Shown in pieces: positions 56,939-64,000 of a DNA stretch of 64,000 nucleotides (the stretch's first letter is position 1; every line of letters starts with the position of its first letter). This stretch comes from an uncultured Gammaproteobacteria bacterium (GTDB taxonomy: Bacteria; Patescibacteriota; Patescibacteriia; Magasanikbacterales; UBA922): the NCBI GenBank assembly GCA_964349825.1, contig CAYGHM010000002.1, forward strand, positions 620-64,619, given 5' to 3'. The translations under genes were made by a program, and so were the position numbers. The notes below the pieces were generated by a model that made no database searches, had not been told where the DNA came from, and saw only the letters and a program-made list of their open reading frames with translations.

Positions 56939-57289
56939 ATGCCAACAGCCGACCAGGAGCGTTTGTGGGCGCATCAATTGCAAAAGAATAAAAACCAAGA
57001 GCATCAAACAAATGCGACCGATTGGGGCCTAAAAGCAGCCTCAATTGTTCAAGATATGACACAAACAAAAAAATATCTAAAACAAGCACTAGAAGAAAAA
57101 AATACAAAAAAAATTCAGGAATACGCAAATACGCTTATTAATCTTCGTGCAGAACAATTTACTTGCGCACTACATCAATACAGAAGAGATGTACAAAAAA
57201 CTGATCCTGATTTTATATCCCGAATGGTTGCTCAGTATAAAAAAGATTGCTCCAATCTTCTTGCAGCAATTACCACATTGCACACATAA
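56939..57289 (+). CDS. hypothetical protein
   Basis: ORF directly after clpC; no motifs. Confidence 0.3.
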   Translation: MPTADQERLWAHQLQKNKNQEHQTNATDWGLKAASIVQDMTQTKKYLKQALEEKNTKKIQEYANTLINLRAEQFTCALHQYRRDVQKTDPDFISRMVAQYKKDCSNLLAAITTLHT

Positions 57290-57298
57290 TCAGCTCCC

Positions 57299-58435
57299 AT
57301 GTCTGAAGAACCACTCGATCTCAATTCACTAAAAACGGGAATGGATAGCGCGCTCCGGAAAGCACTTCCTGATTTTTTGTCTTCCGATGAAAATGCCGAT
57401 ATTATTTCGAGACAAATTGAAGAGATATTGAAAAATAGTCTACCAAACATGGTCGCGGAATCCGCGCAATCTGGCATGGCGCCGCAACAAGCAGAAGACA
57501 TGCTCAACCAATTTGGTGCAAGCCCTCAAGAATCATCACAACCACAAGAAGACGATGCCCAAAGTGGGGCATACGAGGCAGCAGAACCAGATGAGTACGG
57601 CAAAGAAAAAAATGACGAAGAAAATGCGGAAGACAAAGACTCCACTGGTGAAGAACAAGGTAATGAAAAAGACGAAGCGGGAGAACCAGGACAAGAAGAA
57701 GCTGCCGCTGAACCAGAAAATAATCCACAAGAACAAGAACCCCAAACAGAAGCTCCGGCAGCACCAGATAAAAACCCCCAAGAAAATCCCTCTTCTCCAG
57801 AAGGTGAAACAGAAGAACAACCACAAACAAAAGAGGGAGATTCGCTTGGATTTGATAAGCCCACGACAGAACACCCCATGTACGACGAGGCAAATGCAGC
57901 GACCAATCCTGAAGAAAAAAAAGATACAAAGCCAGATGAACAAGAACGTGAAAAAAAACAAGCCGAAGCGCTCCAGCAGGAAAGAAATCAAGCACGTGCA
58001 CAACAAACACAAAATGCCCAACAAGGGCAACAGGCAGCCAATATTTCTTCCCAAAAAAAACAACTTCTTACGAATGCTTCCCGTCTTACGATCAAAGGGT
58101 TGTTTGCATTAAAGGCGGGATATATCGTGACCGACTCTATTGATGTTCTTGAATCTATAGACGGAGCCACAGTTTCTGCCCTCTTCAATATCTTTACTGT
58201 TGCAACTACTGCCAGCATATTTATGGCACAAAATGGAGAAACAAAAAAATTTATTCTCAAAAAATATGCACTTAAAGCATGTGGAGCAGCAATTGCAGAA
58301 TCCATTCCTATTGTGAATATCGTTCCATGGGATACAATAAACGGTTTTATGCTCGCACGTGCTGTCAAAAAGCAAAAAAAAGAGTATACTGAAGAAGCAA
58401 AACGCCTTGAATCAGGAAATCAAACGTCATCATAA
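57299..58435 (+). CDS. acidic low-complexity (E/Q/P-rich) protein with hydrophobic C-terminal region
   Basis: Long EEQPQ/EKDE low-complexity stretch, then LFALKAGYIVTDSIDVLE...ASIFMAQ. Overlapping ORFs in other frames are low-complexity artefacts. Confidence 0.4.
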   Translation: MSEEPLDLNSLKTGMDSALRKALPDFLSSDENADIISRQIEEILKNSLPNMVAESAQSGMAPQQAEDMLNQFGASPQESSQPQEDDAQSGAYEAAEPDEYGKEKNDEENAEDKDSTGEEQGNEKDEAGEPGQEEAAAEPENNPQEQEPQTEAPAAPDKNPQENPSSPEGETEEQPQTKEGDSLGFDKPTTEHPMYDEANAATNPEEKKDTKPDEQEREKKQAEALQQERNQARAQQTQNAQQGQQAANISSQKKQLLTNASRLTIKGLFALKAGYIVTDSIDVLESIDGATVSALFNIFTVATTASIFMAQNGETKKFILKKYALKACGAAIAESIPIVNIVPWDTINGFMLARAVKKQKKEYTEEAKRLESGNQTSS

Positions 58436-58473
58436 AAATAAAAAATTAACTTCCTTAAACCGCAATTACCCAT

Positions 58474-59718
58474 TTGTCATTTCTCCCTATGGACAAAAGA
58501 CGTATCATTATTATCACTATCTTCACGCTCGTGTGTATCGGCATTGGCTATCTTCTTTATCGTGTATTCTTCTATACGGCACCCAAACCACTTATAACAA
58601 CAACAGAAGAATCAACAGAAGGATCTCAATTTCCTCAAGCGAATCAAGGTGGCCCTAAACCAGGAGAAATTACCGAAACAGGAGCACTCCCAGCAAGTGA
58701 AACGCAGCAATCTGGCTCAGAAGAAGGCGGACCTGGAACAGATTTCACCCCAGGACAAGTAGACCAAGTAGTAAGCAATGCCATCACTGGTGTATCCAAA
58801 GATTCCACCTCTGGCAATCCACGTTTTTATAATAGCCAAGATGGAAAATTCTATCGGATCGGCGCAAATGGACAACCTGAAGCATTAAGTGACCAAGTAT
58901 TCTATAACGTTGACGATGTTACCTGGTCTCCAATATCCGATGAGTCAATTATTGAATATCCAGATGGGGCAAATATTTATTATAATTTTGATACAAAAAA
59001 ACAGGCAACGCTTCCAAAACATTGGGAATCATTTTCTTTTGCTCCGAGTGGAGATAAAATTGCCGCAAAAAGTCTTGCCTTCTCACCTGAAAATCGCTGG
59101 CTCGTTGCATCTGATCCAGACGGCAACAATATTGAACTTGTTGAACCGTTAGGAAATAATGCAGACAAAGTTATTGTGGATTGGTCACCAAATAAACAAA
59201 TAGTTGCCTTGTCTACTACAGGAGAAGATTTGGGAAGCGATCGTCAAGAAGTACTTTTTATTGGAAAAAATGGAGAAAATTTTAAATCAACCGTAGTCGA
59301 AGGACGTGGTCTGATAACAAACTGGTCTCAAACAGGAGAAAAATTACTATATAGCGTACATAGCGCGCGAAACGAATTCAAACCTGAGTTATGGATTGTC
59401 CACTCTGCAGGTGATGCAATTGGTGAAAATCGCAAACCTATCCAGCTCAATACATGGGCAGACAAATGTACATTTACTGATGATCGTTTTGCGTATTGTG
59501 GTGTGCCAAGAGAATTACCAAAAGGCGCAGGCTTTGCCCCATCACTTGCAGACAATATTCCTGACGATCTCTACAAAATTGATGTTGAAACTGGTATAAA
59601 AATAAAATTGCCAATAGCAACTGACCACGTCATTGAATCCATGTTTGTCGGCAAAGATGGAAAAACGATTTATTTTACGGATAAAAACCAACCAGGTTTA
59701 TTTACCGTATCCCCATAA
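58474..59718 (+). CDS. membrane-anchored PD40/TolB-like beta-propeller repeat protein
   Basis: N-terminal TM; repeated WSP-type segments (VDWSPNKQIVAL, FAPSGDKIAAKS, TNWSQTGEKLLY). Confidence 0.45.
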   Translation: MSFLPMDKRRIIIITIFTLVCIGIGYLLYRVFFYTAPKPLITTTEESTEGSQFPQANQGGPKPGEITETGALPASETQQSGSEEGGPGTDFTPGQVDQVVSNAITGVSKDSTSGNPRFYNSQDGKFYRIGANGQPEALSDQVFYNVDDVTWSPISDESIIEYPDGANIYYNFDTKKQATLPKHWESFSFAPSGDKIAAKSLAFSPENRWLVASDPDGNNIELVEPLGNNADKVIVDWSPNKQIVALSTTGEDLGSDRQEVLFIGKNGENFKSTVVEGRGLITNWSQTGEKLLYSVHSARNEFKPELWIVHSAGDAIGENRKPIQLNTWADKCTFTDDRFAYCGVPRELPKGAGFAPSLADNIPDDLYKIDVETGIKIKLPIATDHVIESMFVGKDGKTIYFTDKNQPGLFTVSP

Positions 59719-59723
59719 TTGCT

Positions 59724-60365
59724 ATGGATACCAAAAAATTACTCCTCATTTTTATTCCTGCCCTTCTCTTTGTATTACTCGGGTTTGCTTTTCGTGTGTA
59801 CCAATACGAACCACTGATCCCAAACAAAAAAAATACGCAGGAAGAAAAAAAACTTGATCTTGTTCCCCTTCTCGCTGAAGATCCTATAATCGGAGAAAAA
59901 AAAGCTCCTATTACCATAGTAGCTTTTGAAGATCTCGCTTGTGGCGGCTGTCGCGCACAATCAGAAATATTCGACGCGCTCATTGCACAATACCCAGGAA
60001 AAATAAAAATTATTTGGAAATTATTAAACGTCACCACATTTCCTCACAATACTGAGTTGGCACATGATTATGCCTTTTGCGCTCACGAACAAGGAAAATT
60101 TGTTGAGTTTAAAAAAGCTGCATTTGCCAATAGTACAAATTTATCTGAAAACATACTCAAAACCATTGTTTCATCTAGTGGTTTAAACGAGAAAAAATTC
60201 CTTGCGTGTCTTGCAACTGATCGACCAAAACAATACCGAGAAAAAAACCACGCTATTGCCTCCTTACTTCATATTCAGGCAGTACCGGCATTGTTCATGG
60301 ACAATAAACAAATCCAAACACCAGCTACTATAGAACATTGGAAGACACTTCTTAATCTTGAATAA
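59724..60365 (+). CDS. DsbA-family thiol:disulfide oxidoreductase (membrane-anchored)
   Basis: N-terminal TM; thioredoxin CxxC motif in EDLACGGCRAQSEIF. Confidence 0.65.
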   Translation: MDTKKLLLIFIPALLFVLLGFAFRVYQYEPLIPNKKNTQEEKKLDLVPLLAEDPIIGEKKAPITIVAFEDLACGGCRAQSEIFDALIAQYPGKIKIIWKLLNVTTFPHNTELAHDYAFCAHEQGKFVEFKKAAFANSTNLSENILKTIVSSSGLNEKKFLACLATDRPKQYREKNHAIASLLHIQAVPALFMDNKQIQTPATIEHWKTLLNLE

Positions 60366-60379
60366 ATAATTCTGGCTTT

Positions 60380-62173
60380 ATGCGGATTGGCAATACATCT
60401 CTCTCCACTTTGAGCGCAAGAGTAATCGCGGTTTTTTCTGTCCTCATTTTTTTCTGTTTACCAGTATCAGCATTCGCAAAAAATAAAGTCGCAGTTATCG
60501 GCTCATCGAGCTATGCAGGAGGCTGTAGTTATTCGTACGGTTTTGTTAATAAATTAAAAAAAGCCTATCCAGACACTGAATTTGTCTGTTTTACGAAGAG
60601 TGGTTCATCGGCAAATTTTTTCCTAGAACAATACAATGCCAATGTGAAAGGAAAAGGCTATAACGATATTATTGTATTTGGCGGATTAAATGGACTTGGT
60701 AATGCAAGTGGATTAAAGAGCACTCAACAGCATTTAAAAAGTATTTTTATTGCAGCCGAAGCAGAAAAAACTCGTGTGATCGTGACAGGCAGCCAACCCT
60801 TTAAAGGATACAGCTCTTGGACCCAAGAATGGTCTGATAATTTGAAAAAAAATAATGCGTGGCTTGCGACAAAACCAAACGGACTTGATATTTACATAGA
60901 AATATATCCACTCGTTGATAAAAACAATGATGATGCGCTCGACAGTGAATTTGATTCTGGGGACCATTTGCACATGGGTTCAAAAGGACACGCCCTTCTA
61001 TTTGGACTCATTGCCAATAGCGCATATGGTGCCAGTGTCCCTGCGCCAGCAGCAGGAGCAGCAACAGCAGCAGAAGCAGACACGCCTCCTTCTGGACCAC
61101 CCCCTGTTGCATTAGAAGAAATCAAAAAAATTATTGAGGTACCACAAATAAAAATAAAAATCCCAGGTGTTAATTTTACACCCGTCGATGACATACCCAA
61201 TCTGGTTAAAAAAGAAGCGGGACTTAATGGAAAAGAAGGTGTCTATATTACCCTTCCTTTTATTGGAGAATACCTTGCAAGCATCTACCGTTTTGCTGTC
61301 GTTGCAGCATCTATTCTCGCTGTCATTTTTATTATCATTGGTGGATTTATTTGGACCACATCTGCTGGAAGCGCTGACAAAATCACCTCTGCCAAAACCA
61401 TGATCCAGCGTGCCCTTACTGGCCTTGTCCTTGCTACAGGTTCCTATGTTCTTCTCTTTACTATCAATCCAGAACTCGTACAATTCAAAAGTCTTAAAAT
61501 TTTATATATTCCTACGTCTGATATAGACGGATTAGTTTTTGATGGAAATGATGATAATACACCTGAAGATAATTCAGGAAAACCGTATGGTTCAACAGCT
61601 TATGATGAAACATTTAAAAAATTTGCAACCTGCTCGGGTATGAATTGGGAATTATATAAAGCAGTAGCACATCATGAATCTGGTCTCAATCCATCCATCG
61701 TTAACCCAAGAGGGACAGCAACTGGCCTGTTCCAGTGCATAGATGGTAATGCGCATAGAACATGTCGTCGTGTATTAAAAGGTATCGGATGGGATGACAA
61801 ATGCGATAATCCAGGCCTCAAAGATCCTGAAGTTAATACTGCATATGCGACACTCCTCTTCAGATCTAATGCCAAAACAATTAATGGCAGATGCAGCAGC
61901 GCTTCATTTGATGATAAAGTATTTATGTTATATTTTGGACATAGCAGCGGTCCTGGTGCCCTCACGGCAGCAGTGCGTTTGTGGGGATGTGATATTGATG
62001 ATTGGGCAAAGGAAGGAGAGTGGCCAAAAGAAGCTTTATACGGTCTAGGAGGAAAGAAAATTTACAATGGCGCCTCTCGTACCTATATCGAAAAAATCGT
62101 AAAAAAAATTAATAAATTTGATATTAAAAATTTCGAAGGACCAAAAGATAGTTCCTGCCCTATTGGAAAGTAA
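60380..62173 (+). CDS. secreted multi-domain cell-wall enzyme: SGNH/GDSL esterase domain, Ala/Pro linker, two-helix membrane hairpin module, SLT lytic transglycosylase domain
   Basis: Signal peptide; SGNH blocks (VIGSSS, FGGLNG, DSGDHLH); linker PAPAAGAATAAEADTPPSGPPP; hairpin FAVVAASILAVIFIIIGGFIWTTSAGSADK...ALTGLVLATGSYVLLFTINPELV; SLT motifs VAHHESGLNP and ATGLFQ; Cys-rich. Confidence 0.55.
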   Translation: MRIGNTSLSTLSARVIAVFSVLIFFCLPVSAFAKNKVAVIGSSSYAGGCSYSYGFVNKLKKAYPDTEFVCFTKSGSSANFFLEQYNANVKGKGYNDIIVFGGLNGLGNASGLKSTQQHLKSIFIAAEAEKTRVIVTGSQPFKGYSSWTQEWSDNLKKNNAWLATKPNGLDIYIEIYPLVDKNNDDALDSEFDSGDHLHMGSKGHALLFGLIANSAYGASVPAPAAGAATAAEADTPPSGPPPVALEEIKKIIEVPQIKIKIPGVNFTPVDDIPNLVKKEAGLNGKEGVYITLPFIGEYLASIYRFAVVAASILAVIFIIIGGFIWTTSAGSADKITSAKTMIQRALTGLVLATGSYVLLFTINPELVQFKSLKILYIPTSDIDGLVFDGNDDNTPEDNSGKPYGSTAYDETFKKFATCSGMNWELYKAVAHHESGLNPSIVNPRGTATGLFQCIDGNAHRTCRRVLKGIGWDDKCDNPGLKDPEVNTAYATLLFRSNAKTINGRCSSASFDDKVFMLYFGHSSGPGALTAAVRLWGCDIDDWAKEGEWPKEALYGLGGKKIYNGASRTYIEKIVKKINKFDIKNFEGPKDSSCPIGK

Positions 62174-62243
62174 TACTATTACACAAGCAATTAATTGTCA
62201 CCGGTAATCGATACACATAGATACATCACCATTACCGCTTTAA

Positions 62244-63536
62244 TTGCTTTTTTCATCTATGAAAACAAAACATACTCTCCTTAAAAAAATACTCTTCCTT
62301 GGTGGAATTATTCTTTGTACGACACTTCTCTTTTCTACGTTACCCGCACAAGCAGAAACAAATTTGCAAGATATTATTTCTGCGCCACAACCTCGTATTA
62401 AAATTCCTGGACTTAATTTTAGTAGTAATGAAACCGTAATTAACAGTCTCAAAGAAGAGGATGGTCCAGCAGGTAACGGACAATATATTAGCATCCCCTA
62501 TATCGGAGAATATCTTGGTACAATCTATCGATTTGCAGTTGTTTCAACATCTATCATTGCTGTTATCATCATCATTATTCAAGGTTTTGTTATTACTACG
62601 TCTGCTGGAAATTCGTCTCGTATGTCTCATGCCAAAGAGCGAATTGGACAGGCACTTACCGGTCTTATTATTGCTGCAGCATCGTATATAATTTTATTTA
62701 CCATTAATCCGGAATTGGTGAAATTTAAAAATCTCAAAGTATTATATATAAAAAGACAGGATATCCAATTATCCCAATTTGATTCTTCTGATACATTCGA
62801 TGGAACTCCCATCTCTGTTCCGGATGCAAAAAGCAAGTTCAATTATACTATTACTCAATACAAACAATTTGATGGACGGTGGGCAGAAAAACCAATGGAA
62901 TGTAAACCTCCTTTTGCTGGAAACTTAGATATAAAAAGTAATGGGTGTGGATTGGTCTCCAGCCTTATTATTCTTAATGCATTATACCCAGATAAAAAGA
63001 TGGACCCGATCCAATTTATGGATTTTTATCATTCGCATAGTGCCGGCGCTGGCGGAAGCTGCAATTCTAGTGATTATATAAGTCCTTCCTACTACAAAAC
63101 AGAGTGGATGCAAGAACGGTATCCCGGATTAAACGTTCGTCTCAGTCGTACCCAAGGAAATGCCACTGCAATGACAGAAGAATTAAATAAAGGTAATCTG
63201 ATTATTGTGCTTGTGGGTGCCAGCGCCCTTACGAAGGGTGGACATTACATTGTCGTATATGACGTAAGTGAAAAGGACGGACGCTATTGGGCACATGTAT
63301 CTGATGCTGGTGCTGGCCAACCAAAATGTGTCGTCGATTTAGATGGAAAAAATTTAGAAAAAGATCACGAGATAAAGTTAAAAATAAAATCAAATCAATG
63401 TGGAAGCGGCAGCCAATTAGAGCGATGTAAGACTTGTGGTGGTACCACGCTTATGGGACCAGATGTCTATCCACTTTCTTATGTATTACAAGCAGAAAAA
63501 GGATCGCGCATTGTATTCGAACCGCCAAAAAAATAA
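62244..63536 (+). CDS. secreted protein: same two-helix membrane hairpin module fused to papain-like (C39/NlpC-P60-like) cysteine peptidase domain
   Basis: Signal peptide. The module IKIPGLNF...YIGEYLGTIYRFAVVSTSIIAVIIIIIQGFVITTSAGNSS...ALTGLIIAAASYIILFTINPELV is paralogous to the one in the previous gene. Putative catalytic Cys in SNGCGLVSSLIILNA; His in GGHYIVVYDV; Asp in HVSDAG. Confidence 0.5.
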   Translation: MLFSSMKTKHTLLKKILFLGGIILCTTLLFSTLPAQAETNLQDIISAPQPRIKIPGLNFSSNETVINSLKEEDGPAGNGQYISIPYIGEYLGTIYRFAVVSTSIIAVIIIIIQGFVITTSAGNSSRMSHAKERIGQALTGLIIAAASYIILFTINPELVKFKNLKVLYIKRQDIQLSQFDSSDTFDGTPISVPDAKSKFNYTITQYKQFDGRWAEKPMECKPPFAGNLDIKSNGCGLVSSLIILNALYPDKKMDPIQFMDFYHSHSAGAGGSCNSSDYISPSYYKTEWMQERYPGLNVRLSRTQGNATAMTEELNKGNLIIVLVGASALTKGGHYIVVYDVSEKDGRYWAHVSDAGAGQPKCVVDLDGKNLEKDHEIKLKIKSNQCGSGSQLERCKTCGGTTLMGPDVYPLSYVLQAEKGSRIVFEPPKK

Positions 63537-63542
63537 ACACCT

Positions 63543-64000
63543 ATGTCAAAAGAAACTATTTTATTTGCCTGTAACGGCTGTGACGCTCAATACCAGAAAT
63601 GGATTGGGCGTTGTTTAGAATGTGGAAAGTGGGGCACAATTACAGAAATAGAAAACGCAAAGTCAAATAAGCAAATAAGCAAAAATAAAACGCCAGGAAC
63701 AAAAACACAGACATTACAAGACATTTCTGGAAAAGATATTGCGAGAAAAATGACCCACATGCCAGAATTTGACCGAGTACTTGGCGGTGGTATTGTACCA
63801 GGAAGTTTGATACTCCTTGGTGGTGAGCCAGGTATTGGAAAATCAACGTTAACGATCCAGCTTGCATCCGCCCTAGCAAATACCTTGTATATTTCTGGAG
63901 AAGAATCAGTGGAACAGGTAAAATTGCGCGCTGACCGGCTAGGTATTACATCCACGACATTGAAACTCGCGAATGAAACTAATGCTGAAATCATTTGTGC
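63543..64000 (+). CDS. radA: DNA repair protein RadA/Sms (N-terminal part; continues beyond the window)
   Basis: C4 zinc finger CNGCDAQYQKWIGRCLECGKWG; Walker A GGEPGIGKST; no stop before the window end. Confidence 0.85.
   Translation, partial: MSKETILFACNGCDAQYQKWIGRCLECGKWGTITEIENAKSNKQISKNKTPGTKTQTLQDISGKDIARKMTHMPEFDRVLGGGIVPGSLILLGGEPGIGKSTLTIQLASALANTLYISGEESVEQVKLRADRLGITSTTLKLANETNAEIIC

Noticed and set aside
57504-58375. Stack of ORFs in all six frames across the acidic-protein gene (57504-58010, 57513-58112, 57526-57906, 57536-58063, 57988-58368, 58109-58375)
   Set aside because: The region encodes an E/Q/P low-complexity repeat. The alternative frames read as K-rich or L/F-rich runs from the same purine-rich DNA, so these are frame artefacts.

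Overview
This window is low-GC (roughly 35-40% by eye) and gene-dense, with mostly short genes and many housekeeping functions. The gene content and compact style suggest a small-genome, CPR/Patescibacteria-like bacterium; that is inference.

Recognisable core genes: a zur-znuA-znuC-znuB zinc uptake operon, bcp, tpiA, an M16 peptidase, glyQS-type glycyl-tRNA synthetase with a putative T-box leader, dtd, frr, holB, mreB, rplJ-rplL, tsaB-like and tsaD, dnaE, pheS-pheT, rseP, lemA-htpX, a phosphomannomutase/phosphoglucomutase, a Clp ATPase, and radA (cut at the window end). Several glycosyltransferases are present. There are tRNA-Tyr x2, tRNA-Thr and tRNA-Glu. No rRNA and no CRISPR array were seen.

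Features that ordinary annotation would not explain:
1. A five-gene minus-strand operon at 23362-29583: one stand-alone ATP-grasp (PEP synthase/PPDK N-terminal type) protein followed by four tandem paralogs. Each paralog carries a different N-terminal domain fused to a PEP-utilising phosphohistidine swivel domain. No PEP/pyruvate TIM-barrel domain is present. This looks like a split, multi-substrate phosphotransferase system resembling rifampin phosphotransferase.
2. Six single-gene GC-rich cassettes (about 60% GC) at about 5.3-6.5 kb, 21.4-22.3 kb, 22.3-23.3 kb, 35.4-36.4 kb, 37.6-38.3 kb and 52.3-52.9 kb. Each has its own near-consensus TTGAC(A/T/G)-N17/18-TA(T/C/A)(A/G)CT promoter, an SD sequence, and a GC-rich hairpin terminator.
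3. A MITE-like repeat family in four copies, with 18-bp terminal inverted repeats (AACATGCGAATTACGAAT / ATTCGTAATTCGCATGTT). Two copies carry an internal bidirectional terminator hairpin whose stem differs by compensatory substitutions.
4. A second intergenic family of long palindromes built from GAATAGA/GAATGAA heptamer runs.
5. A six-gene insertion of secreted or surface proteins between clpC and radA. It includes an SGNH esterase fused to an SLT lytic transglycosylase through a two-helix membrane hairpin, and a paralogous hairpin fused to a papain-like cysteine peptidase.
6. A stand-alone CuA-type cupredoxin lipoprotein.
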